Source: a virus. Taken from it: a DNA stretch of 64,000 bases. The DNA is taken from positions 64,413 to 128,412 of the IMG/VR virus record IMGVR_UViG_3300020045_005677; one strand, written 5' to 3'. The notes beneath the pieces were generated by a model. That model searched no databases, was not told the DNA's origin, and saw only the letters and a program-made list of their open reading frames with translations. Both the position numbers and the translations under genes were made by a program. Every line of letters starts with the position of its first letter. The stretch's first letter is position 1. Below, piece by piece: positions 39,526-49,526 of this stretch.

Positions 39526-41835
39526 ATGATTAATATTATAATACGAGAACAATCATTTAGAATAAAGTTAAATAATCAGTTATTGAGTAATAACAACAAT
39601 ATGGATAAGTACTATAATATTATAGAAAACTATACTAGTAAATTCTTGTCTTATACTTATGTATACAATAAACAAAAAGGTAGAAACGTACCTATAGTAG
39701 ATAAAAAATACTTTAGTAAGAAAACAACTGATGATGAAGTAGAATATATCTTTAACATTAGTTCATTTAGAGACTTCTTAATGCATTGTAGATTTAGGGG
39801 TATTGATATACAAGATACTAAAGAATTTAATATTGTTATTAAGCATAATACTCCTCTTAAAGCTAATCTAAAAGTAAGAGGTATGTATAAATTAAGAGAC
39901 TACCAAGATAAGTATGTAAATACTATAGTAGATAACAATATGAATAAAGCATTAATAGTATTACAGACTGGTAGAGGTAAAATGAATCCATTGGATACTA
40001 GAATTAGAATACCTGATGGATGGAAATTAATGGGAGATATTAGAGTAGGTGATAAAGTAATATCTAGAGATGGTACTACTACTATTGTAAATGGAGTATT
40101 TCCTCATGGATTACAAGATATCTATAAGATTACATTTGCTGATGGTAGAACTTCAGAATGTGGATTGGAACATCTATGGAATGTATATCATCCAGATTTT
40201 ATTAATGATAATAGTAAAGGCTTTAGAACTATAGATACTGCTACATTATTAGAAAGAATGAATAGTGATAAACTAGATAGTGATTTACACTTTATAGACC
40301 TAGTAGTATCTGAAAAGAATAGTCCTAAGAAATATGATATGTATCCTTTTAAGTTTGGTAAATCTATGGGTGGATATGATAGAATTCCACAAGAATATCT
40401 AAATGGTTCAACAGAGCAAAGATATAAGTTACTAGAAGGAATATTAGTTAATAGTTTTCCCGATAGAAATAGTGGATTAATTATCTATAGAAGCTTTAGT
40501 AAAGATTTAATATTAGATATACAATTATTAGTTAGGTCATTAGGTGGATTAGCATTAATGTATGAAGTTACTAGATTTAATAATGTAAAAACATTATATG
40601 GTCTAAGAATTGATAAGAGTAGGCTAGAAGGTAAACTTAAATTAAAGATTACTAATATAGAGCATATTGGTAAAAAAGAAGCACAGTGTATCTCTGTAGC
40701 TCATCCTGAGCAATTATATGTAGTAGATGATTATGTAGTAACACATAATACATTAATAGCATTAGCTACAGCTGCTAAAAGAAAATTAAAGACTGCCATA
40801 GTATTGCCAGGATATATAGAAAAATGGCAATCAGATGTGACTACAGTATTAGAATTAGAAGATAAAGATATCTACACTATTCAAGGAGCTGATAGTATAG
40901 ACTTAATTATTCGAAAGATACAATTAAATATACAGATGAAAGAAGTGGTATTTCTAATAGGTACTGCTACGTTTATGAGATATGTTAAAAAATATCAAGA
41001 AGATAGAAGTGGTGATATAATGCATCCAGCTGAAGTATTGGATTATTTAGGAATAGGTACAGTATTAGCAGATGAGATACATGAAAAGTTCTTTGCTACT
41101 TACACTACTATGTTATTTCTTAATCCTAAAACATTTGTAGGAATGACAGCTACATTTACTTCTAGTAATAATTATATTAAGAAATTCCAAGATATGATAT
41201 TTGAAGACAATACTAAATTAAACTTTATAGAAATTAATAAGTATATTAACACTATAGGTATTAACTATAAATTAGAAAATCCTAGGTCAGCTAAATATTT
41301 ATTAAGAGCTATGTATAATCATGACACTTATGAGAATAGTACCATATTGGGAAATAGAAGTAGATTAATTAATTTTATAGAGATGTTAAAATATTATATT
41401 ACTACTGAACATTTTGATGATGAGTTTAAACCTAAAGATAAATTAATTATATTTGTATCATCAATTAGGTTTGCTACATTATTAACTCTTAACTTATCTA
41501 GAGAATATAAACATCTAGATGTGCGTAGATATGTAGCTGATGATAGTTATGAAAATATATTAGAATCAGATATTATTATATCTACATTAGGTAGTGCTGG
41601 TACAGCATTGGACATACCTAATCTTAAAACAGTATTTAATACTGTAGTAGTAAAATCAGAAGTATCTAACAAGCAGAGTCATGGTAGATTAAGAGAAAGA
41701 AGTAATACTGTTAAGTATTTATATTTCTATAGTAAAAACATAGATAAGCATGTAACGTTTGAAAAAGTAAGAGAAGAGCAAATTAGACCATACAGTAAGA
41801 GTTATACATATCTTACATATCACAAGCAGATATAG
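39526..41835 (+). CDS. SF2 (DEAD/DEAH-like) helicase, phiKZ gp75-like, intein-containing
   Basis: Q motif LRDYQ, Walker A QTGRGK/T split by an intein, DEIH, GMTAT, motif VI QSHGRLRE. Confidence 0.9.
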   Translation: MINIIIREQSFRIKLNNQLLSNNNNMDKYYNIIENYTSKFLSYTYVYNKQKGRNVPIVDKKYFSKKTTDDEVEYIFNISSFRDFLMHCRFRGIDIQDTKEFNIVIKHNTPLKANLKVRGMYKLRDYQDKYVNTIVDNNMNKALIVLQTGRGKMNPLDTRIRIPDGWKLMGDIRVGDKVISRDGTTTIVNGVFPHGLQDIYKITFADGRTSECGLEHLWNVYHPDFINDNSKGFRTIDTATLLERMNSDKLDSDLHFIDLVVSEKNSPKKYDMYPFKFGKSMGGYDRIPQEYLNGSTEQRYKLLEGILVNSFPDRNSGLIIYRSFSKDLILDIQLLVRSLGGLALMYEVTRFNNVKTLYGLRIDKSRLEGKLKLKITNIEHIGKKEAQCISVAHPEQLYVVDDYVVTHNTLIALATAAKRKLKTAIVLPGYIEKWQSDVTTVLELEDKDIYTIQGADSIDLIIRKIQLNIQMKEVVFLIGTATFMRYVKKYQEDRSGDIMHPAEVLDYLGIGTVLADEIHEKFFATYTTMLFLNPKTFVGMTATFTSSNNYIKKFQDMIFEDNTKLNFIEINKYINTIGINYKLENPRSAKYLLRAMYNHDTYENSTILGNRSRLINFIEMLKYYITTEHFDDEFKPKDKLIIFVSSIRFATLLTLNLSREYKHLDVRRYVADDSYENILESDIIISTLGSAGTALDIPNLKTVFNTVVVKSEVSNKQSHGRLRERSNTVKYLYFYSKNIDKHVTFEKVREEQIRPYSKSYTYLTYHKQI
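39982..40749 (+). mobile_element. 256-aa class 3 intein with degenerate LAGLIDADG endonuclease remnant
   Basis: Inserted between K and T of the P-loop; starts MNPLDT; block B EHLW, block F EAQCISV, ends VVTHN/T (W-C-T triplet). Confidence 0.9.
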
Positions 41836-41924
41836 CCTTATTTTAGGTTATATCTGTTTAAAATTATTTTCTTTTTTTGACTGGATATAGAAGATATGAT
41901 AATAATAAATAAAAGGAGTAACTA

Positions 41925-43775
41925 ATGGTTACATTAATGATAGAGAATCCAAACTTACCTACTGGCTATATAGTAGAGAATGTATCTTGGTGGTTAGGTA
42001 CTGATGATAAGTTTACAGAAACTTCTACTGTAGCTAGTTCTATAGAAGATACAGTACATCTAACTAATATCCAATTTGATATTACACTAGACATAGGTGT
42101 TCAGTATTATGCTAAATGTAGAATAGTATATAATAAAGGATTTAGTAATGATTCTAATATTCATATATTTGTAGCTAAAGACCTAAATGAAATAGCTTTA
42201 GATTTAGCTATACCTAGTAAGATATCTAGACCTACTATTAGTATATCTCCAGCTGGTGCTTTAAAACCTACTGGACTATTAACATTTAGTGGTGGAGAAT
42301 TTAATACTAGATATAATGTAGCTCAAGAGTCTGCTACTTATATATTAGAAGATATGAATGGTAATGTAAAATGGAGTAGAATTAATGATAGTGTTAATTT
42401 AAATAGCGTTAAGCTTAGCATAGCTCTAGATGAAAATTCTGCATATAGATTATTCGTATCTTATAGAGGTAAAAACAATAATGAATCACAATTTGCTATG
42501 GAGACATTTGTAACTGGTAATAATAATATTACTATGGATGGAGATTTAAATTCTATACCTGCTGGAATGAATTTAGATTTTGTAGTAAATCTAATAGGTA
42601 GTAATATATCTGCTGTATACTATAATCTATATGCTGACCAAGGATTCTTAGTAGATAGTAAAACTATCTTATCTACTGATGGTGTACCAATGAACAAATG
42701 GAGTGTAGATGGTAGTCTAATTGAAAGAGATATTGATTATGTACTATCTGTAAGTTCTATAGATGCATTAGGTAATACAGAACAAGGATACTTCTACTTT
42801 AAACCATATTTCGATTTAAGTATTACTCCTGATACTAATTTTAAATATACAAATACTGTAGAAAACTTTAATCCTAGTTATACAGCTGAGATGTTTAATA
42901 CATCTACAGGATTTAGACCAGAACTACCAAATGGAGAGATTATTCAATCTTCTATAGATGGTGACAATATTTACTTTAATTTTTTTAAGTTTGACCAATC
43001 TAGTAAGAAATTTAATTATACTGGTAGAACTGCTAGCTTTGGAAATATTTTTGGTAGTTTATCTGGATATCAAATGGATGACTTTAGTTATAAGCTATTA
43101 AGAAATGGTAAGTTAGTAATTAAATGTAATAGGGATGGAATGACAATCTCTGCTCCATATAATGTAGTATCTGGTGAACTAAATATGAAGTTAGTTAGAA
43201 TTAGAAAACTAGATACATCTGGTACTGAATCTTATACTAGAAATCAACACATGATTATAGATATAGATGATTCTAAATTTATCACTTTTAGTACTACTAC
43301 AGGTAGATTATTATTAGTAGATAGTAATGACTTATCATATGGTTTCTTAAATGCTAAACTATATAATACTAATCCTACTCAAGTAGGTATCTATAAAATA
43401 TCTTCAGAATTAATGATGATTATATCTATAGCTGCTGATAATACTACTGCTACATATGATATCTATAATTATAAAACAAATACTTATGTGTTTGAAGATA
43501 CTGTATTAGATAATACTGATATAGAATTGACTACATTAGTATCTGGATTAAGATATGGTAATACTAAAATAATTCCATTGTATAATGGTATAGTATTGTG
43601 TATCTTTAATAGTACAATAGTTGGTAGTCAAGTATACAAAACATATAACATTAATGGTAATGTGTTTAATTCATTAATGACTAAAACTAATGGTATTGCA
43701 CTAGGAGTATATTCATTATTGAAAAATGGTAGAGTATTACAATTATCAGATTCAGAAGGTATACTATATAGTTAG
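41925..43775 (+). CDS. Putative virion structural/tail-associated protein
   Basis: 616 aa, beta-rich (FN3/Ig-like N-terminus, propeller-like C-terminus by pattern), AGGAG RBS. Confidence 0.5.
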   Translation: MVTLMIENPNLPTGYIVENVSWWLGTDDKFTETSTVASSIEDTVHLTNIQFDITLDIGVQYYAKCRIVYNKGFSNDSNIHIFVAKDLNEIALDLAIPSKISRPTISISPAGALKPTGLLTFSGGEFNTRYNVAQESATYILEDMNGNVKWSRINDSVNLNSVKLSIALDENSAYRLFVSYRGKNNNESQFAMETFVTGNNNITMDGDLNSIPAGMNLDFVVNLIGSNISAVYYNLYADQGFLVDSKTILSTDGVPMNKWSVDGSLIERDIDYVLSVSSIDALGNTEQGYFYFKPYFDLSITPDTNFKYTNTVENFNPSYTAEMFNTSTGFRPELPNGEIIQSSIDGDNIYFNFFKFDQSSKKFNYTGRTASFGNIFGSLSGYQMDDFSYKLLRNGKLVIKCNRDGMTISAPYNVVSGELNMKLVRIRKLDTSGTESYTRNQHMIIDIDDSKFITFSTTTGRLLLVDSNDLSYGFLNAKLYNTNPTQVGIYKISSELMMIISIAADNTTATYDIYNYKTNTYVFEDTVLDNTDIELTTLVSGLRYGNTKIIPLYNGIVLCIFNSTIVGSQVYKTYNINGNVFNSLMTKTNGIALGVYSLLKNGRVLQLSDSEGILYS

Positions 43776-43800
43776 GATTATTTTCCTAGCTATATAGTAT
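43761..43800 (+). terminator. Hairpin, 17-bp stem (one G-U pair)
   Basis: Overlaps the 43775 stop; T-tract follows. Confidence 0.7.
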
Positions 43801-43827
43801 TTTTTATTTACTAAGGAATTTTAGATT

Positions 43828-44127
43828 ATGAAGAGTATTAAGTTAACTTTAAAACAAAATAGTATTACACCTACTTTTAGTTTAGATACTAGAGATACTA
43901 CAATAAGTGGAAACATAGAAGATTTAATATCTCTATCTGAAGAAGTAAAGAAACAACAAATGTTTTTAGTATGGAATCTATTATCTAAACCTATAGAGTT
44001 AGAGATAAGTCCTAGCAATTGGAATTATGAAGATAGTTTAAAGATAGTATTAAATTTTTATAATTTAAATGGAGAGATAATTAAAATAAAAGATAATGAT
44101 GAAGTATCATTTAGATTATTTGTATAG
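43828..44127 (+). CDS. Hypothetical protein
   Basis: 99 aa, AAGGA RBS, flanked by hairpins. Confidence 0.6.
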   Translation: MKSIKLTLKQNSITPTFSLDTRDTTISGNIEDLISLSEEVKKQQMFLVWNLLSKPIELEISPSNWNYEDSLKIVLNFYNLNGEIIKIKDNDEVSFRLFV

Positions 44128-44165
44128 CTATATACTACATAGATTAGTATCTATGTAGTATATAG
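44128..44165 (+). terminator. Hairpin, perfect 17-bp stem (TATACTACATA family)
   Basis: CTATATACTACATAGAT-TAGT-ATCTATGTAGTATATAG. Confidence 0.7.
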
Positions 44166-44202
44166 TATATTTGTCGTCGATAATGTATTTAAAATTAATT
44201 AG

Positions 44203-44225
44203 AAGCACATATTATAAAGATAGTA
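44203..44225 (+). promoter_or_regulatory. Phage promoter motif, subtype B variant
   Basis: AAGCACATATTATAAAGATAGTA. Confidence 0.65.
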
Positions 44226-44306
44226 ACGTTACTGGTTAATTGCTAAAAGATGGTAATTAAATATTTAGGGATACACTGTACCCCCTATTCCGAGGAGGAA
44301 TTAAAA

Positions 44307-45050
44307 ATGCAAATAGATATTATAAATAAAAAGTATACTACAATTGATGATAGATTTAAAGTTATCTTAAATCAAAATGAAATAGATGATATACTTAATA
44401 ATAATCCTATTGTTGTAAGCAATGGGTATAAGAATAGCTTTACTGGAGATAAAAATACTTATTTTCATGGTCTCCTTTTAGATAAAAGAAACAATAATTA
44501 TATAGTAGAAATGACCTGGGATATAGAAGGCAATCCTGTTATTGCTAGTATTGCTACTGTTGCTAAAACTAAATTAGGAATTAATGAATTTACTTCACTT
44601 CCTGGTCCTGCTTCATTAGGATTAAGATTAATAGAGATTATGCCTATTAGTGCACCATTTGAGGAAATAGTGAAAGAGCTAGATAATAAAATGCTTAATA
44701 CTATTAAAATAATTAATACAAACAGAATCCATATAAGAGAGTATATAGAAAACTATAACGAAAATGTTGGTATAAATATGGATATTGCCTATAAAGAAGC
44801 TAGAGCTAATTTAATTAAAACTAAAATTATTGAGCTAGAAAAAAATACTGACATCATTGCTGACATACATAAACAATATATCAATCTGGCTGAGCAAAAT
44901 GAAGACAAAGAACTATTGTTACCTCTATGTAAAGATAATTTAAATTTATATCTAGAGAACAAAGAAAGGTTTAACAAAGAAGTGCTACACAAAGCAAGAA
45001 CAATGATAGCTTTTGTATTGTATGGAAAATCTTCATTTGGACTAGAGTAA
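44307..45050 (+). CDS. Accessory paralog 1 of the KIDVNK family
   Basis: Start reassigned to the ATG at 44307 (GAGGAGG RBS): MQIDIINKKYTT...FHGLLL...MTWDIEGNPV plus coiled coil. Confidence 0.6.
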   Translation: MQIDIINKKYTTIDDRFKVILNQNEIDDILNNNPIVVSNGYKNSFTGDKNTYFHGLLLDKRNNNYIVEMTWDIEGNPVIASIATVAKTKLGINEFTSLPGPASLGLRLIEIMPISAPFEEIVKELDNKMLNTIKIINTNRIHIREYIENYNENVGINMDIAYKEARANLIKTKIIELEKNTDIIADIHKQYINLAEQNEDKELLLPLCKDNLNLYLENKERFNKEVLHKARTMIAFVLYGKSSFGLE

Positions 45051-45079
45051 AACAAATAAATTTAAATAAAGGAAAAGCT

Positions 45080-45382
45080 ATGGCTATTAAAATAGATGAT
45101 GTAGAATTAAAAGGAGAATCTTATTTAACTATAGATAAGACTGGATGTTGGTTATGGGAAAATGTATTACCAATATTAGATAATACAAATAATAGCTATA
45201 AGCTACCAGTTGTTAAAAAAGACGAAGATTTTGGAATGCGTGATTGGAATACTGTTGGATATCAAGCAGTTAAAATAATGTTGAATTTGAAATCTTTAGA
45301 TTTTAACTTTGGACATAAAGTATTTAATGGAGATACTCCAAGAATATTTAAATTAACAGTATCAGAATTAGAAAATAAATAA
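45080..45382 (+). CDS. Hypothetical protein
   Basis: 100 aa, AAGGA RBS. Confidence 0.6.
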   Translation: MAIKIDDVELKGESYLTIDKTGCWLWENVLPILDNTNNSYKLPVVKKDEDFGMRDWNTVGYQAVKIMLNLKSLDFNFGHKVFNGDTPRIFKLTVSELENK

Positions 45383-45403
45383 ATTTAAAACAAGGAAAAG
45401 AAA

Positions 45404-46249
45404 ATGAAAATAGATGTAAATAAAAAGTATAAAACAGTTAGAGGTGATATCGTAGTATTTAATAGAGAACTAGAAAACGATATTAGAAATAAAAACTCTG
45501 TTGATGTTTCTAATATGCATGACATGAGAACTATGGAATTAAGGAAAAGAAGACCATTTAATGGTTTCGACACTTCTGAAATGTTAGGGGAAGCAAGAAG
45601 TCTGCAAGGCTCATTGTTTTATGGTGTATTAATAAATAATGGAAGGGATTCTGGATGTGTATTATGCTGGGGTAAAGATGGTACGATAGTTCGGGCTTCA
45701 ATACCACACCATTTATTACCTCCTTCTTTTTCAAGAGAAGAAACATATGAAAATACTAAAGCATTTAATTTAGTAGAAAATGAGTATACTAACATAACTC
45801 AATATTTTACAGATAAAAGAGAAAACTTTAATAAGTTAGTATTGGACTACAAAGATGCTCATAACGTTTTATTTAATACTGCTAAAGGTATTTGTACAAA
45901 TGGAACAAGTAAAGACTTAACAGAAAAGATTAATCAATATGATAATTTATCTAGAGAGATTATTTCTATATTAGAAAGAGATATTGATGTTGTAAATGAT
46001 ATGGAGATTGTTGATACAATGTTGTTATATACAGTTGAAAATGAATTAAAGAAATTTACTGAATCTATAGAAAACTTCAATGCAAGTTATCTAAATGCAA
46101 TTAAGTTATCTATAGCTTTTGATGTATATGGATATGTGCCAGTTGAAAATAATAACCATGTTAAAATTATTCCTATGGTAATGACTGATGGTAGTGTAAA
46201 GCTTTTTGGACAAGATGGTAAAGAAATAAAGGCAGATGAAAATGCATAA
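45404..46249 (+). CDS. Accessory paralog 2 of the KIDVNK family
   Basis: MKIDVNKKYKTVRGD...FYGVLI...CWGKDGTIV plus coiled coil. Confidence 0.65.
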   Translation: MKIDVNKKYKTVRGDIVVFNRELENDIRNKNSVDVSNMHDMRTMELRKRRPFNGFDTSEMLGEARSLQGSLFYGVLINNGRDSGCVLCWGKDGTIVRASIPHHLLPPSFSREETYENTKAFNLVENEYTNITQYFTDKRENFNKLVLDYKDAHNVLFNTAKGICTNGTSKDLTEKINQYDNLSREIISILERDIDVVNDMEIVDTMLLYTVENELKKFTESIENFNASYLNAIKLSIAFDVYGYVPVENNNHVKIIPMVMTDGSVKLFGQDGKEIKADENA

Positions 46250-46988
46250 TGAATTTAAAATAGATGTTAATAAAAGATATCAGACATTAAGAGGAGATAC
46301 AGTTGTATTTAGTCTGGAGCAAGAAGAAGTAGTAACTGGGGTAAAAGATAATGTTTACAGAAAGGTATATAATTCTTTTGGTCCAAGTATTAGATTACTT
46401 GGTGGCTTTGAAGGATTGTTAATAGATGGCTTTGAAAATAAATACGAGATGACATGGCATCCAGATGGTACTGTAGTTAAACCTTCCATATCTTCTCGGC
46501 TATTACAAATAAGTGTTAGCTCATCATGCAGAGATGCAGACTTAGATGCTTTTGCTCAAACACTTGCTTTAAAAGAGTATGTATATGTAGATATGGCTCA
46601 ATACTTTAAAGATAGAGAAGATGAGCTTAAGATGTTAACTTACAAAAGACAACAGCTTTGTAATCTACTAGGAAATGTAAATAATAGTATAGATATTCTA
46701 GAAGAAGCAGAAGTAGCAATTCTTAAAATAGCTGAGTATAGAGATTGTTCTAATAAAATATTAGAGCTTATGGAAAAAGATGTTACTGCTATACACAATA
46801 TGGAGAATCCAGATAGTACTTTACTTAAAATAGTAAGTTATAATCTACAAGACTATAAAACAAGAATGGATGATTTTGAATCAGAGCACATAGTTAACAT
46901 TGAAGCAGAAATAGTAAATATTAAGTATGGATATGTTGTACGATATATTATTTCTGGAGAAGATGAAGAAAGATACAAACAGCAATAA
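46236..46988 (+). CDS. Accessory paralog 3 of the KIDVNK family
   Basis: FKIDVNKRYQTLRGD...FEGLLI...MTWHPDGTVV plus coiled coil. Confidence 0.65.
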   Translation: MKMHNEFKIDVNKRYQTLRGDTVVFSLEQEEVVTGVKDNVYRKVYNSFGPSIRLLGGFEGLLIDGFENKYEMTWHPDGTVVKPSISSRLLQISVSSSCRDADLDAFAQTLALKEYVYVDMAQYFKDREDELKMLTYKRQQLCNLLGNVNNSIDILEEAEVAILKIAEYRDCSNKILELMEKDVTAIHNMENPDSTLLKIVSYNLQDYKTRMDDFESEHIVNIEAEIVNIKYGYVVRYIISGEDEERYKQQ

Positions 46989-46990
46989 AC

Positions 46991-47026
46991 TATATACTAC
47001 ATATCAATTACGATATGTAGTATATA
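46991..47026. terminator. Bidirectional hairpin, 15-bp stem (TATACTACATA family)
   Basis: Between the convergent 46988 ORF and dnaB. Confidence 0.75.
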
Positions 47027-47042
47027 ATACTTTTTTATTTTT

Positions 47043-48641
47043 TTAATTAAACTCTAATATTCCTAGTAAGCCTTTAATCTCATTATTTATTTCTTTCTCA
47101 CTATTTGTATCCATACTCTCTTCTTCACCTATATCATCTGGTATAGGTTCTCCATTAGTAGGAAATGGTAATATCATAACTTTATCTTCAGACTTCATTA
47201 CTTTACTACCTTTATGTTTTCCTTTACCTACGGCTAAATAATCTTTACCATTCATACTGTATTTATAGGAGTACATTTCTAAATCCATCTCTTGAATTAG
47301 TTTTTTACTACCATCGTAAAATCCTTTACTCATTACCTTGTTTAAAAATACATCTCCAGTTAAATTTTCTCTAGCTATCGTTTGTGCATCAGGAGATAAT
47401 TGATGAGCACTAATAAATGAACATTTTCTTTTAGCAAAAAAGTTTCTTACTCTTCTAAATAAATCTCTTAAGTCACTACCCATTACTCCATTAGATACAC
47501 AACCTACAGTAGGAATTAATGATAAGTAATCTAGTATTACAGATTGTAATTCATATCCAGCTTTTTCATAAGTCTCTATTAGAGTAAAGAATGATTGAAA
47601 ACTCCAATCACTAGGGTCAACTCTAATAAATTTAACTTTAAATCCAGTAGCTTGTAATCTATCTTTTACATATGCTGCCATCTCTTCTTTAGTTACACTA
47701 TTTAAATCAGCTTTTACTTTATTATCAGTTAGATACATTTGTCTATATAAGAATTCGAATAATATATCTAAATCATCTTCTAAAGATACATATAATAATA
47801 ATGGTATTTTAGTAGGGTCAGTTAGTACTGGTTTATTATATCTAGCTATACCTACTAATGATGTAGCTAACCATCCTGACTTATAACTATGTGCTAAAGC
47901 ATTCCATATTACAAACTCTGGATTTTTATATCCACCAGTAGTTAAAAAGTTAATAGCTTGTATACCTATTTTAAATTTAAAGTTTTCAGCTTCATTAGTT
48001 TCTTTTACAGTTTGAAATATATTAGCTACATTTGTTAGATTGTCTAAGTCTATTTCATTTACAATAGCTAAATCTGTTTTCTGAATACTTTTCTTTAATC
48101 TGGTAGCATCTTCTATTAACTTATCTAATAACTCATCAGCAGTTATTCCATTCTTTAATTTCTTATCTATATCGAACGTATACTCTTGTCCTAGCTTTCT
48201 AATATTAATTAAATGTAATATTCTATTTAACTCAGACTCTAATGCTTTAATTACTAATTCATTTTCATTGTCAGTCATCTCTTTAAATATATCAATAGCT
48301 ATATCTTTTCTTACACTAGTTTTCATTATGTCATTAATGTTTTGTTCTAGCACTTCTTTATTAATAGTTTCTTCATCTAGGTAATTTAAAACTAAATCTC
48401 TAATCTTTTCAGTAGCTTCACTTTCTCCACCTTCTACATTAAAACTATCTAATGGTTTATATACGGCTAATACTTTTTTAATAGTTTTAATAATATTTGT
48501 TTTATCTATATATCTATTATTATTAATCTGTTCATTATTTTTTTGTTGTATATTTAATCTATATAGTATTTGTAGTATCTTTAAAAATGTACTTAGTCTG
48601 CTCTTGTTGCTAGTTGTGCTAGTAGAAAAATCTATTGACAT
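47043..48641 (-). CDS. dnaB: DnaB-like replicative helicase (phiKZ gp118-like)
   Basis: Walker A variant ALAHSYKS, YVSLED, ILDYL, SAHQLS, GKHKG; divergent from gp119-like/MCP as in phiKZ. Confidence 0.85.
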   Translation of the reverse strand: MSIDFSTSTTSNKSRLSTFLKILQILYRLNIQQKNNEQINNNRYIDKTNIIKTIKKVLAVYKPLDSFNVEGGESEATEKIRDLVLNYLDEETINKEVLEQNINDIMKTSVRKDIAIDIFKEMTDNENELVIKALESELNRILHLINIRKLGQEYTFDIDKKLKNGITADELLDKLIEDATRLKKSIQKTDLAIVNEIDLDNLTNVANIFQTVKETNEAENFKFKIGIQAINFLTTGGYKNPEFVIWNALAHSYKSGWLATSLVGIARYNKPVLTDPTKIPLLLYVSLEDDLDILFEFLYRQMYLTDNKVKADLNSVTKEEMAAYVKDRLQATGFKVKFIRVDPSDWSFQSFFTLIETYEKAGYELQSVILDYLSLIPTVGCVSNGVMGSDLRDLFRRVRNFFAKRKCSFISAHQLSPDAQTIARENLTGDVFLNKVMSKGFYDGSKKLIQEMDLEMYSYKYSMNGKDYLAVGKGKHKGSKVMKSEDKVMILPFPTNGEPIPDDIGEEESMDTNSEKEINNEIKGLLGILEFN

Positions 48642-48764
48642 TTATTATCCTTTTATTGTTTTAGCATTTTACTTAATTGTTTAATGCACAAAATAGAGAT
48701 GTGATAAATTCCTATTTTAAAAGGAATCTAAAAAATTTACTATGAAATAAGTGTTTTAAGATTT

Positions 48765-49478
48765 GTGAGGAGTAATTTTATGTTACGATTGGATAAACCC
48801 ATATTAGATTTAAATAAATCTATATTTATTCTGGATGCAGAATCAATAGGTGCTCTTAGAGCTAATCAGATGTCTCTAGATGAATTTGGTAGTATTATTT
48901 TTGCTAGTAGAGCAGAAGTATATAAAGAAGTAAATAGAGATATAAATGAAACAATAGATAGTCATCCTGTAATTAAAAAAGAAGATGACGATTATTTAGC
49001 TTATGAATCGTATATTATGGATAGCAAGACTGAAATCAATGATTCTTATTTAGCTAGTATAGAAAAGTTTAATAACTTATCTTCTCTAGATAAAAAAACA
49101 GTAATGATGAAACATTGTGCTTATCTAAAGCTATTAAAAGTTAATACATTCAGAGATTATATTTCTAATTCTTTTCAAGATTTTGTAGAAGGATTTATTC
49201 CATATACTAAAGAAATATTAGATAAGGGAATATACTATACTGATGAGGACTTTAAAGCTAATGTTATTGTATCTAAAAACAGTACTAATACTAAAGATGA
49301 ATTTATAATAGTTAAAAACAAACTATTAATGATTTTAAGTAAAGAAACGATTGGTGATTTACTAACTGGGAATACCGATATACTAGTAAATTTATATGAA
49401 GAAATGCTCAGCAAGCTGATAAGTACTAATAAAAACGTTTACCAAAACGTTTTATTTTACTCTTATTTAAAGTTGTAG
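48765..49478 (+). CDS. phiKZ gp119-like head-associated protein
   Basis: 237 aa between DnaB and MCP; start codon uncertain. Confidence 0.45.
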   Translation: MRSNFMLRLDKPILDLNKSIFILDAESIGALRANQMSLDEFGSIIFASRAEVYKEVNRDINETIDSHPVIKKEDDDYLAYESYIMDSKTEINDSYLASIEKFNNLSSLDKKTVMMKHCAYLKLLKVNTFRDYISNSFQDFVEGFIPYTKEILDKGIYYTDEDFKANVIVSKNSTNTKDEFIIVKNKLLMILSKETIGDLLTGNTDILVNLYEEMLSKLISTNKNVYQNVLFYSYLKL

Positions 49479-49526
49479 TGTAACTTTAAAATATATATAT
49501 TTTAAAATAAGAAAGAAGGAAAGACT

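Noticed and set aside
44307-46988. Diversity-generating retroelement behind the paralog arrays
   Set aside because: No reverse transcriptase, and no near-identical TR/VR pair differing at adenines; the paralogs are old and diverged throughout.
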